NCBI GenBank assembly: GCA_963774265.1
Contig: CAVZDU010000003.1
Location: 320,001 to 384,000, forward strand
Reading direction: 5' to 3'
Source: an uncultured Chloroflexia bacterium
Lineage (GTDB): Bacteria; Chloroflexota; Anaerolineae; CG2-30-64-16
DNA: 64,000 nucleotides
Part shown: positions 26,937-37,073 of the stretch, in pieces
Layout: every line of letters starts with the position of its first letter
Position numbering within the stretch: position 1 is the first letter of the stretch
Notes under the pieces: model-generated
The model's database searches: none
What the model saw: the letters and a program-made list of their open reading frames with translations, nothing else
What the model was told of the DNA's origin: nothing
Position numbers and translations under genes: made by a program

Positions 26937-28241
26937 ATGCATCGCAGCATTGGGATTCGTCGTGAGGATAAAAGCCACTGGGAGCGCCGTGTACCCCTGA
27001 CGCCGGCCATTGCCCGTCAACTCCGGGAGCTACACGGCATCCAGACTTACGTTCAACCTTCCCCTATCCGTGCTTTCGGAGAGACCGAGTTTGAGGAGCA
27101 CGGCGCGGTCATCCAGGAAGACCTAGCGCATTGCGCTATCGTTTTTGCGGTCAAGGAGATCCCTGCCTCCCTTTTCCGCCCCGGCGGTGCGTACATGTTC
27201 TTCGCCCACGTGATCAAGGGGCAGCCGTATAACATGCCCATGTTGCGCCGGCTGATGGAGCTCAAGTGCACCCTCATCGACTATGAGAAGGTGATCGACG
27301 ACCAGGGCCGCCGCCTGATCTTCTTTGGGCGTTACGCCGGACTGGCAGGCATGATCGAGACGCTCCATGCGCTGGGCCAGCGTCTGGCGGGGGATGGCGT
27401 GGCCAATCCCTTTCAGGAGTTAGGCCACGCACATCAGTATCATGATCTGGGCGCAGCCAAAGAAGCGGTGGCGCGTGTAGGCGAGGCGATCCGGCGTGAA
27501 GGCATCCCGGAGCAGATCGCACCCCTGACGATCGGCGTGACCGGCTACGGAAACGTCTCGCGCGGCGCATGGGAGATCCTCAACCTCCTGCCGATGGAGG
27601 TCATCGAGCCGGACATGCTCCCCCATCTTGTGAGCGGTTTTGCTGGCTCGCGCCACGCGGTCTATGGGACCACCTTCAAAGAGCAGCACATTGTTGAGCC
27701 GCTGGATGGCGAGTTTGACTGCCTGCGCTACTACGAGTGCCCGGACAACTACCGTCCGATTTTTGAGCGTTACCTGCCCTACCTGACCGTGCTGGTCAAC
27801 GGGATCTACTGGGATGCACGCTACCCCAGGTTGGTCACCAGGGACGCGTTGCGCGGCCTATGGGAAGGCGGGCAAACGAAGCTGAAGGTCATCGGCGACA
27901 TCTCTTGCGATATCGAGGGTTCGATCGAAGTGACGCTCAAGACCACTCAGCCGGATGTGCCGTGTTTCGTGGTCAACCCGCTCACCGGCGAGGCCAGGGA
28001 TGGCCTCGAGGGCGAGGGTGTGGCGGTCATGGCCGTGGATATCCTGCCCAGCGAGTTGCCGCGTGACGCGTCGGAGGAGTTCAGCCGCGTGCTGGGGGAT
28101 TACATCCCCGCGATTGCTGCGGCGGATTTCTCAGCACCGTTTGAGGACCTCGACCTCCCCGCGCCGATCAAGCGCGCCGTCATCGTCCACCGTGGAGAAC
28201 TGACACCCGATTACGCGCATATCCGGCGATATCTGGAATAA
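26937..28241 (+). CDS. Lysine-ketoglutarate reductase (AASS N-terminal-like, AlaDH/PNT fold)
   Basis: RREDKSHWERRVPLTP, FFAHVIKGQPYNM, IDYE, DISCDIEGSIE, MAVDILPSELP. Confidence 0.85.
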   Translation: MHRSIGIRREDKSHWERRVPLTPAIARQLRELHGIQTYVQPSPIRAFGETEFEEHGAVIQEDLAHCAIVFAVKEIPASLFRPGGAYMFFAHVIKGQPYNMPMLRRLMELKCTLIDYEKVIDDQGRRLIFFGRYAGLAGMIETLHALGQRLAGDGVANPFQELGHAHQYHDLGAAKEAVARVGEAIRREGIPEQIAPLTIGVTGYGNVSRGAWEILNLLPMEVIEPDMLPHLVSGFAGSRHAVYGTTFKEQHIVEPLDGEFDCLRYYECPDNYRPIFERYLPYLTVLVNGIYWDARYPRLVTRDALRGLWEGGQTKLKVIGDISCDIEGSIEVTLKTTQPDVPCFVVNPLTGEARDGLEGEGVAVMAVDILPSELPRDASEEFSRVLGDYIPAIAAADFSAPFEDLDLPAPIKRAVIVHRGELTPDYAHIRRYLE

Positions 28242-28261
28242 GACGCAAAAGGAGCCTCTGA

Positions 28262-29584
28262 ATGAAGAAGGTCGTGGTTTTCGGCGCGGGCATGGTCGCC
28301 GGCGCACATGTGGAGTATCTGCTCGATCATGGTTTCGAGGTCACTGTCGCCAGCCGAACATTGAGCAAGGCGCAGGAATTGGTCAAGGGGCGTGGTCACG
28401 GTCACGCGGTCGCGGTCAACTCCGATGACGTTTCCGCGATGGGAGATCTCATTCGACAGCACGACCTCGCGGTCAGCCTGTTGCCGTACGCCTACCACCC
28501 TGCCGTTGCCAGGCTGTGCATCAAGCACGGCGTGCACATGGTGACGACTTCCTACGTGAAGCCGGAGATGGCCGGCTTGGATGCGGACGCCAGGAACGCG
28601 GGCGTGACCCTGCTCAATGAGATGGGCGTTGATCCGGGCATTGACCACATGACAGCCATGCGCGTGATTCATAAGGTGCAGGCCGCGGGCGGGAAGATCA
28701 CCAGGTTCGTCTCGATTTGCGGCGGGCTCCCCGCTCCCGAGGCCAACACGAACCCATTCGGTTATAAGTTCTCCTGGAGCCCGCGCGGTGTTCTATTGGC
28801 CGGCAAGAACCCCGCACACTACCTGTGGGATGGCAAAGAGGTCAATATCAAGGCCGGCACGCTCTTCGACCACTACTGGACCACCCCCATCGCGGTCGAG
28901 GGCGAGACCATCGAGTACGAGGTTTACCCAAATCGCGACAGTATGTCCTACCTGGAGACCTACGGCATCAGGGGTGCGGCAACCATGTTCCGCGGTACGC
29001 TGCGCAACCTGGGTTGGTGCACGACGCTGAGCAGGATTTCGGACCTGGGACTCCTGGATGAGACGCCGCGCGACGATCTTAGTGGCGCGACGTGGGCCGA
29101 ATTCACTCGCAAGCTAGTGGGAGGATCCGGAGATCTGAGGGCCGACCTGGCCGCCAAGCTAGGCGTCGACGTGGATTCGAAAGTTGTGGGCGACCTGGCT
29201 TGGCTGGGTGTATTCTCGGATGAGCCGCTGCCCGCGGGCCAGAAGTCGCCGATTGACATCCTGTGTGCGCGCATGCTGAAGAAGCTGCGGTACGAGCCAG
29301 GGGAGCGAGATCTGCTGATCCTGCGTCACGAGTTCGAGGCGGCCTACGCAGATCGCAGGGAGAGCATCACGTCGATCATGGTCGATTTCGGCATCCCGAA
29401 CGGCTATACATCCATGGCGCGCACGGTTGGCCTGCCTTCGGCTATCGGCGTACGGCTGATTCTGGAGGGGAAGATCAACCTGACGGGCGTGCAGATTCCG
29501 GTCGTGCCGGAGATTTATGAGCCGGTGCTGAACGAGCTTGAGACGATGGGAATCCACTTCGTGGAGAAGTGGGAGACGCAGTGA
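28262..29584 (+). CDS. Saccharopine dehydrogenase (Lys9/AASS C-terminal-like)
   Basis: GAG, VTTSY, NEMGVDPGIDH, CGGLPAPE, YKFSWSPRG, YPNRDS, RGTLR, MARTVG. Confidence 0.92.
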   Translation: MKKVVVFGAGMVAGAHVEYLLDHGFEVTVASRTLSKAQELVKGRGHGHAVAVNSDDVSAMGDLIRQHDLAVSLLPYAYHPAVARLCIKHGVHMVTTSYVKPEMAGLDADARNAGVTLLNEMGVDPGIDHMTAMRVIHKVQAAGGKITRFVSICGGLPAPEANTNPFGYKFSWSPRGVLLAGKNPAHYLWDGKEVNIKAGTLFDHYWTTPIAVEGETIEYEVYPNRDSMSYLETYGIRGAATMFRGTLRNLGWCTTLSRISDLGLLDETPRDDLSGATWAEFTRKLVGGSGDLRADLAAKLGVDVDSKVVGDLAWLGVFSDEPLPAGQKSPIDILCARMLKKLRYEPGERDLLILRHEFEAAYADRRESITSIMVDFGIPNGYTSMARTVGLPSAIGVRLILEGKINLTGVQIPVVPEIYEPVLNELETMGIHFVEKWETQ

Positions 29585-29628
29585 CGCGATGACGCGGAGA
29601 CACGGTGCACCCTGTCATCGTGTCTCCC
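29581..29628. repeat. Degenerate octamer tandem/inverted repeat between convergent genes
   Basis: tgacgcga tgacgcgg agacacgg ... tgtca tcgtgtctcc. Confidence 0.55.
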
Positions 29629-29650
29629 TTCGGGTGCGGACGGACGGTCG

Positions 29651-30706
29651 CTACTCCGGCCCGATCGTAAAGCACTCGGTCGCGCCGCCCTCGCCTGGGC
29701 CGCGCTCAGGCACATAGTCCGTTGTCGCAGGCAACACCACACAGTAAAAGCCCGGTGTGTAGGACGGGTCCAATTGCAGACGGATGGACAGCGTCCCGGC
29801 TTCGTCGGTGGGCATGATCGCCTGCTCGTGCAGGGTGAGCGTCGACTCGACGTAGTCCTCCTCTGCTGCGTAGTAAACGCCTACGGGTATCTCCGCATCG
29901 GGCGGCAGGTGAACGGCATAGATCTGAATTTCATCGCCGCCAGCCAAATCGGCCAGCCCGCGTCCCCCTTTGATTGCTTCCTGCCCAGGCGAGAGTCGCA
30001 TCGCCACCAGGGGTGGTCCTTCCGGCTGCGCCACTTCAAAGGTCTCCTGCATGTTCACCGTGGTCGAGGCCGCGCGGATCACCCACTGCCCGGGCGGGTA
30101 TGACCCCAGCGTCAGCACAACTGCCGCGGCCGGCTGGGGGCTGTCGAAGGTCGTGGACTGTGTGGCTCCTGCCTCAACCGCGTCGCCCTCGCTATCGTAG
30201 ATCTCATAACGGACTTCTTCGCCTTCGGCGAAACCGTACAGACAGAGCTGTCCGATGCCTTCGGCCTGCTGCCAGGTGACGGCCGGCAGGCTGACCTCCG
30301 GGGGGAGCTGATCGCAGGTGAACATGATGGCGAACATGGGCGCGCCCGCCAGGAAAATCTCATCCTGAAGAGTTAGCGGTAACGCGGCGGTGGGCTCCGG
30401 GCGGGGCGCCGTCGGTTGAGGCTGCGGCGTGACCGTCGGCGGCAGACGCGCAGGTGGGGGAGATGCGGTGGCGGAAGGCAGAGGCGGAGCCACGCGTGCA
30501 ACTTCCTCCTGTACGGTGGCATCCGGCGTTGGAGACTCACTCGCGGCCGGCGACTGTGCGAGCAGCGGCGCGGGTGGCGCCGGGGTGTCAGTTGGTGCGA
30601 GGTATGCCTGCTGACCCGGTGCAGCCGGAACAGAGGCGCAACTCGAGATCAGGACAACGATGATGGCGGCGAAGGCAAACCGAACCGGAACACGTGGATG
30701 GTTCAT
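29651..30706 (-). CDS. Putative lipoprotein with a Pro/Thr/Ala-rich linker
   Basis: Signal peptide ending LISSC; PTATP-like low-complexity region; beta-rich C-terminus. Confidence 0.65.
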   Translation of the reverse strand: MNHPRVPVRFAFAAIIVVLISSCASVPAAPGQQAYLAPTDTPAPPAPLLAQSPAASESPTPDATVQEEVARVAPPLPSATASPPPARLPPTVTPQPQPTAPRPEPTAALPLTLQDEIFLAGAPMFAIMFTCDQLPPEVSLPAVTWQQAEGIGQLCLYGFAEGEEVRYEIYDSEGDAVEAGATQSTTFDSPQPAAAVVLTLGSYPPGQWVIRAASTTVNMQETFEVAQPEGPPLVAMRLSPGQEAIKGGRGLADLAGGDEIQIYAVHLPPDAEIPVGVYYAAEEDYVESTLTLHEQAIMPTDEAGTLSIRLQLDPSYTPGFYCVVLPATTDYVPERGPGEGGATECFTIGPE

Positions 30707-30727
30707 CGATAGCGCTCCTTCGTGCAA

Positions 30728-33376
30728 TCAAGGACAAGATGAATTGTGCAGCAGCCTCAACCTGCGTGTGTACTCGTCCACTTCAGCGGCGCGACCGTAG
30801 AGCCGCGCATCGTCAATGGCGCGCTGATGCAACTCGAGCGCGGCGCTGTGATCGCCTTGCTGGCACGCCAGTTCACCCAACCGGAAAAGATACAGGGCTC
30901 GTGAGATGGGCGCTACGAGATCCGCAGCACGTTTGTAGTGGGCGACGGCCGTCGGCAGGTCGCCCTCCTGGCGCGCGAGCAGGCCCAGGTAGCCGTATGC
31001 CAGGCCCGCACTCTTGGCGATGCTGGCATCGCCGATGCTGGCATCGCCGATGCCGGTTTCACCCGCCTCATACTGCTCGATCACGTTCTGCAGTTCGAGG
31101 TGTGCGCGTTCAAAATCCGCCGTCTGGCCGTACAGACCGCTCGTCAGGTAAACGTAGCCCAGCCCCGTATGGGCCGTGCTGACCTCACGCGCGCTGAGCC
31201 GACCGACCGGGCCAGCCAGCACAGCCTGGTATGCGGCGCGGGCCTCGTCCAGCCGCGTGCGATCCAGGCGACGCTGTCCTTCATCCCCCCGCTCGGCTAC
31301 GGAGAGCATCGCCAGGCAGCCCGCCCTGCCCAGTTGCGCCCGTATGTACTCAGGCTGAATGGCGAGTGCGCGGTCGTAGGCCGCAAGGGCCTCCTGCAGG
31401 GCGCCGGCCTGGCCCGTGATAGATGCCTGGCGGACCAGCGCGTGGCCCAGCAGCAGATAGGCGAACTCTTTACCGTCTACGGCCGGCCAGTGCGTATCGC
31501 CCTCGGCCTGCCGGATATAAGTCAGCGCCTTTTCCGGGTTGTCAGCGGAGAGGTAGGACAGACCGACGACCAGTTCCGCCAGCACATTCATGCGGACGAG
31601 ATGTGGCGGGTGCTCGATAACAAGCAGTGATTCGGGGTCGAACGGAAGTGTGATGGGCAGGGAGCCACCGAGCGCATAGGGGCCTGCCAGCTCATCCTCC
31701 TGGTCGGAGCCGGTGTATCCGACGTGGAAGGCCAACGCCAGGCGACCGGGCGCCGTCCCTGCGGGATCGACCTTCTGCGTATCGGTGATCACGCCGTAGA
31801 TCAGGATGTCTGCGGAGATTCGCTCGGCATAGGTCGCGGCCGCCGAGGCGCGTTCTTCTGCGGTGCGGCCGGGCAGGGCGCACGCGAGCGTAGGCCGGCG
31901 AATCTCATACGGCACGTCGAGATCAAGATCGGCCAGTGCAGGTCCGAAGCGCTGGTACAGAAACTCCGCAACCGCGTGGCCCGCGTCGCTTCGGATGGCC
32001 GCCCCATTCTCGTCCACAACGGTGAGGGGTTGGAAAGCGATGGTCAGCTTGTTGCCGTCCATCGGGTTGGGATAGAGGCAGCGGATGACCGGCGCGCGGT
32101 CGCGCAACATGCGAGGGAAACCGGGCAGGTCGAGGATGCCAGACGTCGTCCCGACGATGGCCAGGACGGTTGCGATTATTCCGGTGATCACCTGCCAGGT
32201 ACGCGGCAGCAGGGGGGCGCGCTCCAGCGACGGCAGCGCCAGGCCGCCCGTGTGCCCCATGTAGAGCGCAGGGAGCTCCGGTGCGACCTCCGCGCCATGC
32301 AGCCGGCGAACGAGCTTGCGGCCGTAGGCCAGGCTGATCTCAATGGGTTCGCCTGCGGCCAGGGCGCGATAGAACTCACGCGAGAAGTCAACCACCGTGC
32401 GATCGAATTGGGGTGCGTGCATGCCGACGACCGCAGGAACGCCTCGCCGTGTCGCTTCCTCCGCCACATGACGGATCGCGTCGGGCGCCGCGTCCGGCTG
32501 GCACAGGGTGACGGCCAGAACGGTGACCGAATCCGTGATGGTGAGTTCGGCCAGCTCAGCGGCGGGCAGGGTATCCCAGGCGCCGGACGCACCGGGCAGC
32601 AGAAAGTGGCCATCATCCGCGGCTTGACCGAAGAAGTGCACGACATGGTAGCCGCACCCGGCCGACTCCGCTGCTGCCAGGTGTTCGTGGAGCGCGTAAG
32701 GTGTTGTATTTTCGAGCAGCGTGACGTGATAGCGCCGTCCCTTGAACACTCGCCGCCAGGCTTCGCCCACCGCGACCGCTTCCACATCACCCGTCAGCAG
32801 GCGCAGCGTGTCGTGCGCGGACAACGGCCGGGTGAGGTCCGCCGCGGGGTGGTCGGGCGTCGGTACGGTCGGGCGTCGGTAGGGGCCGACCTGCGTGTCG
32901 GCCCCCCGACCTGCGTGTCGGCCCCCCGGCGCGAACGCGGTGACAGCCAGCACGCGCAGAGTTCCCTTGCCCGGTGGACGGTGCGGTGTGGCAGATGATG
33001 GCGTGTGGCGAACCAGGGGCGCGTTGGATGCGGCGGTCAGGGAACGCGACTCGCCCGGCGCGTCGAAGATCAGCTCCCAGGGCAGGCTATCGAGCGGCTC
33101 GGGAAGCGGCTGTGCCAGGACAATGCGCAGCCGCTCGTCTGCGCCGAGCCATTCGATGGCTGTCTTGTGGAGACGCAGCACATCGCCGGTAAAGAGGGCC
33201 GAGAAAAGATGAGCGCCGATATGACGGGGATCCGTCTGCCGGTCGACGAGGCACCGGCGCAACACGTCACCGGGGATGGAGGAGTGTGCCTGCAGCCCCT
33301 GGAACTCAGCCGTGAGAGGGTACGCGCCATCCACCGGCTGATCGATCCGGATAAGGAATGGGCGATAGGTGGCCAT
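30728..33376 (-). CDS. CHAT (caspase HetF-like) domain + TM helix + TPR protein
   Basis: LPWELI, LRVLAV, YHVVHFFGQA, GVPAVVGM, FSREFYRAL; TM WQVITGIIATVLAIVG; TPR-like helices (AYDRALAIQP). Confidence 0.8.
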   Translation of the reverse strand: MATYRPFLIRIDQPVDGAYPLTAEFQGLQAHSSIPGDVLRRCLVDRQTDPRHIGAHLFSALFTGDVLRLHKTAIEWLGADERLRIVLAQPLPEPLDSLPWELIFDAPGESRSLTAASNAPLVRHTPSSATPHRPPGKGTLRVLAVTAFAPGGRHAGRGADTQVGPYRRPTVPTPDHPAADLTRPLSAHDTLRLLTGDVEAVAVGEAWRRVFKGRRYHVTLLENTTPYALHEHLAAAESAGCGYHVVHFFGQAADDGHFLLPGASGAWDTLPAAELAELTITDSVTVLAVTLCQPDAAPDAIRHVAEEATRRGVPAVVGMHAPQFDRTVVDFSREFYRALAAGEPIEISLAYGRKLVRRLHGAEVAPELPALYMGHTGGLALPSLERAPLLPRTWQVITGIIATVLAIVGTTSGILDLPGFPRMLRDRAPVIRCLYPNPMDGNKLTIAFQPLTVVDENGAAIRSDAGHAVAEFLYQRFGPALADLDLDVPYEIRRPTLACALPGRTAEERASAAATYAERISADILIYGVITDTQKVDPAGTAPGRLALAFHVGYTGSDQEDELAGPYALGGSLPITLPFDPESLLVIEHPPHLVRMNVLAELVVGLSYLSADNPEKALTYIRQAEGDTHWPAVDGKEFAYLLLGHALVRQASITGQAGALQEALAAYDRALAIQPEYIRAQLGRAGCLAMLSVAERGDEGQRRLDRTRLDEARAAYQAVLAGPVGRLSAREVSTAHTGLGYVYLTSGLYGQTADFERAHLELQNVIEQYEAGETGIGDASIGDASIAKSAGLAYGYLGLLARQEGDLPTAVAHYKRAADLVAPISRALYLFRLGELACQQGDHSAALELHQRAIDDARLYGRAAEVDEYTRRLRLLHNSSCP
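32879..32926 (+). repeat. GTAG REP plus a partial tandem copy inside the CHAT coding sequence
   Basis: GTAGGGGCCGACCTGCGTGTCGGCCCC followed by a second CCGACCTGCGTGTCGGCCCC. Confidence 0.85.
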
Positions 33377-33379
33377 GAG

Positions 33380-34827
33380 TCAATCGCTGACGAACACTGC
33401 GGCGGTATTGCCGGGCAGCTCCAGGTGTCGCATCGTTCCCCTGGAGACGCGTCCCTGCACGCCGGACCAGACGTCCGTATGCAGGCCATCGGGAAGCATA
33501 TCCTCCACGTCAAGCGTCACAGCACGCACATCCGGACCTGCGTTGAACAGCATCAGCGCCTTCTCTTCCACGGATTGTCGCGGCGAACGCGAGGATCTCT
33601 TCATGCGCGTACATGGCGACATAAACACCGCGGCGCAACGCCGGATGATCGCGGCGAAGTTTGATGGCCCGTTTGGTGAAGTCGAGCACGTCCGGTTTCC
33701 ATGATGCGGGATCGTGCCAGGGGAACGCGCGGCGGCAGTCAGGGTCCGGTCCGCCGGTCATGCCGATCTCGGTGCCGTAGTAGAGGCACGGCGCGCCCGG
33801 GATGGTCATCAGGAAGAGGATGGACTGCTGGAGGGCATTCCAGTCGCCCTTGGCCTGATTGATGAAGCGTGCGGTGTCGTGGCTGTCCAGCAGGTTGAAT
33901 TGGGCCTGCACCACCTCCCATGGATAGAGCTCCATCAGACGTTGAACTTCGCGCGCGAAGGCGCGGGCGCCGAGGGGGACGAGTTTGAATCCACCGGGCC
34001 GGTATTCACGGTCGAACGACTCACGGGCGAACAGGCCCAGAGCCGCGCGGGAGACGCCATAGTTCATGACCGCGTCGTATTGGTCGCCCATTAGCCAGCG
34101 CCGTGCATCGCCCCAGATCTCGCCCACGATGTAGGCTTCGGGGTTCGCCCCCTTGACCACACGGCGGAACTCCTGCCAGAAGCTGTCGTCGTCAATCTCG
34201 GTGGGCACATCCAGCCGCCAGCCGTCGATGCCGAATTCGACCCAGTGGCGCGCGACATCGAAAATGAACTCGCGAACCGCGGGCGTGTTCGTGTTGAGCT
34301 TCGGCAACGCTGCGTTGTTCCACCAGGCCGCGTAGTTGGGTGTCTTGCTGCCGTAGGGACGCAGGGGCCACTCTATCACGGTGAACCAGTCGAGGTAGGC
34401 CGACTCAGCGCCGTTTTCCAGGAGATCGTGGAACTGGAAGAAGCCGCGGCCGGCGTGGTTGAACACACCATCTAGAACGACCCGAATCCCGCGGCGAATG
34501 GGCTGCATCGAGCAGCTCGCGCAGCGCGGCATTGCCACCCAGCATCGGATCGACCTGGTAGTAGTCGTGGGTGTGGTAGCGATGGTTCGAGCCGGACTGG
34601 AAGATGGGGTTGAAGTAGATGGCGTTGATGCCGAGCTCGACCAGATGATCGAGATGCTCGACCACGCCCAGCAGGTCGCCGCCCTGGTAGGCGTGGCTGG
34701 TTGGCGGCGCGCCCCAGGGCTGAAGGTTCGAGGACTTTTTGACGCGGCTGGATTGGGCGAAGCGGTCCGGGAAAATCTGATAGAAGATGGCGTCTTTGAC
34801 CCAGGCGGGCGTCTGTACAGTTGGCAT
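33380..34827 (-). CDS. GH13 neopullulanase/cyclomaltodextrinase-like alpha-glycosidase; frameshifts near 34497 and 33583
   Basis: [48 protein letters not shown]. Confidence 0.9.
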
Positions 34828-34847
34828 CTTGTGGTCCCTCTGCAAGC

Positions 34848-35225
34848 TTAGCGCGCGCCCTGGTCGATGTGTTTCGAGGTCGGGATGCCGCAGAGGAAGC
34901 GGAACGGCGTCTCGCCCGTATTCTCGTAGCAATGCAGCACGTCGGCAGGGACGAACACCACGCTGCCTGGCCCAACGGCGTGCCACTCGTCCTCAAGCAG
35001 CACCCGGCCCTGTCCGTCAACGACGAAGTTTTCATGCTCGTAAGGATGGGTATGTTTCGGTGTGTGCCCATGGGATTGGACTTCAATCATGCGCAGCGCG
35101 TAGTTCGGCGCACCATCGATCTTCTCGTCAATGACCCAGCGGATGGTCACTCCTGGCGCTTCGTCGCCGAAAGTTCGCGCCGGGACGTCGGTATAATGGA
35201 TGGCTTTCGCCTTGGGTTCAGTCAC
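34848..35225 (-). CDS. Cupin domain protein
   Basis: [23 protein letters not shown]. Confidence 0.85.
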   Translation of the reverse strand: MTEPKAKAIHYTDVPARTFGDEAPGVTIRWVIDEKIDGAPNYALRMIEVQSHGHTPKHTHPYEHENFVVDGQGRVLLEDEWHAVGPGSVVFVPADVLHCYENTGETPFRFLCGIPTSKHIDQGAR

Positions 35226-35306
35226 AAGGAATCTCCTTCACTTGAGGTGCAATCACAAAGCGGGAGGTATTATAGCGCCGGGCAACCGCGCATCCAAGAA
35301 CGGGCG

Positions 35307-36200
35307 TCATGTTTCCGTCGGCCAAACCGGATGATACATCAGCCACTGATCCGGCGTCTCGAGGATCCATCCTTCAATGATTGACATCATGCGGCGAGTA
35401 TTGTGCCGGATGTCCTGCTTCCGATCGCCGGTTCGCTCGAGCTCAAGGTGTGGACAGGTCATGGCATAGTACCCGCGGTCGGGGGTCCATCGGCAGGCCA
35501 GCGGCACGAGCACGGCGTTGGCGGCCAGCGCCAGGCGGACATAGCCGGATGAGAGAAGAGATGGAGCATCAAAGAACGGAACGCCGTCGTCCGTATCTGG
35601 CACGGGCCAGTCCACTCCGATCAGCGCCACGCCGCCCTCTCGAAGTCGCACGATCGCCTGCTTGAGGGACCCGGAATCGATGGGGGTGTCCTCGATCATC
35701 CCACGAGATCGCAAGTCACGGACAACCTTGAACCCGCCTGCGTCCTCCGCTGCCGATAAGGCCTGGATCGGGAAGCCGCCCTGGCTCGCAAAGGCAAGGA
35801 AGCCAAGGTTGAAGTTGCTGAGGTGTGCGGCGCAAACCATGACGCCCTGGCTCGTGGCTCGCGCCGTCTCCAGATTCGGCCAGAAATCGGCGCCCAAGTC
35901 GATGCTGTTGTTGACGGCCTGCTCGCCGCGAGATAAGGTACGCACCAGGTCATAGTTAGCGATTCCGGCGTGACGTAGTACGGCCGCAACAGCCGCGTCA
36001 ACTTGTTCGTCCGTCGCTCCCGGGCCAATGATGTGCTTCTGATTGTCGTAGAGGACGCGGTAGACGAAGCCTTGCTTGTGGCGGTAGAGGCGCCGTGTCA
36101 ACCAGCGCGCGAAGGCGTAACCGGCGCGCGGGGGCAGCGCTCCCAACGCCAGCCACGCGCGTGTCCCAAATTCGGTGGTCACCAGTTGCTGGAAGTTCAC
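35307..36200 (-). CDS. Lysophospholipid acyltransferase (LpxL/PatA-like)
   Basis: AHLSNFN, LREGG..GVD, VPFF, PDQWLM. Confidence 0.8.
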   Translation of the reverse strand: MNFQQLVTTEFGTRAWLALGALPPRAGYAFARWLTRRLYRHKQGFVYRVLYDNQKHIIGPGATDEQVDAAVAAVLRHAGIANYDLVRTLSRGEQAVNNSIDLGADFWPNLETARATSQGVMVCAAHLSNFNLGFLAFASQGGFPIQALSAAEDAGGFKVVRDLRSRGMIEDTPIDSGSLKQAIVRLREGGVALIGVDWPVPDTDDGVPFFDAPSLLSSGYVRLALAANAVLVPLACRWTPDRGYYAMTCPHLELERTGDRKQDIRHNTRRMMSIIEGWILETPDQWLMYHPVWPTET

Positions 36201-36230
36201 CAGGGGGCCTCTCTGCTGCGAGGCGGCCGG

Positions 36231-36449
36231 CTATTGGCCATACTCCCACCAAAAATCCTCAAGCGCTTCTTCCTCTTCCGGGGTGGGCAGCCAAAGATCG
36301 CGCTCTTTCAGCGCACTCATCAAGCGGAACGCGCGCGGCAGTTCGAGTGCGGCCAGCGCCACTTCGATATCGCGTAGCTGGGTGGGGAAACGGCTGCCCT
36401 GCCGGCGCAGGCTGGCCAGCAGCGTCTCGGTGATGTTGGATTCGGGCAT
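36231..36449 (-). CDS. Small hypothetical protein
   Basis: 72-aa ORF tightly packed between co-oriented genes. Confidence 0.6.
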   Translation of the reverse strand: MPESNITETLLASLRRQGSRFPTQLRDIEVALAALELPRAFRLMSALKERDLWLPTPEEEEALEDFWWEYGQ

Positions 36450-36464
36450 AGCGGCGAACGGACC

Positions 36465-36788
36465 TTACTCGTTGGATTTGGAAACCTTAATGGTCGCATC
36501 TTTGGGCAGGGCTAGCCCGGCTTCGACCTCGATGGCCTTGATAATGCCGGCCGGCACCGGACATGCCGGATGCGACAAACACCCAGGTGCGAGTTCGAGA
36601 GTGCGCGGCATCGAACGACGCCAGAAGACTTCCTTCATCGGGTCAACATCCTGGAGTTGTTCCGCCAATTTCATAACGGCCTTACAGCCGCTCTCGAGCG
36701 TGAGATGTACCGTGCCATCGTCGTTTTGGGTAGCGATGCAAGTGGTCTGGAACCCACAGATACCCGCGTCAATCTCAGCTTTTGCCAC
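36465..36788 (-). CDS. Small Cys-containing conserved hypothetical protein (DUF6951-like)
   Basis: AGICGF, SGC, CLSHPACPVP, EVEAGLALP; AGGAG SD. Confidence 0.65.
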   Translation of the reverse strand: MAKAEIDAGICGFQTTCIATQNDDGTVHLTLESGCKAVMKLAEQLQDVDPMKEVFWRRSMPRTLELAPGCLSHPACPVPAGIIKAIEVEAGLALPKDATIKVSKSNE

Positions 36789-37073
36789 TGAGTGTCTCCT
36801 CGTTTACGGCCTTCATAACGTCACTGGCAGGACACGGCAATGATACCGGGCAGTGCAAACGTTGTCAACCGGCCAGCAAATCGTCCTCGTAGATGCGCCG
36901 CACGATCTCTTCAATCTCCTGCTCCTGCACGGACAAATCCAGGATGAAGTGATCGCGAAACAGGTCGGCAACGACCGCGGCCAGACCGGCCCCATCTCCG
37001 TTCGAGTGGGCTCTCACCCGCAGCCAGGCGCGGTTAGCCTCGGTGCGGATCAACTCAGCGCCCGGCAGGTCTA

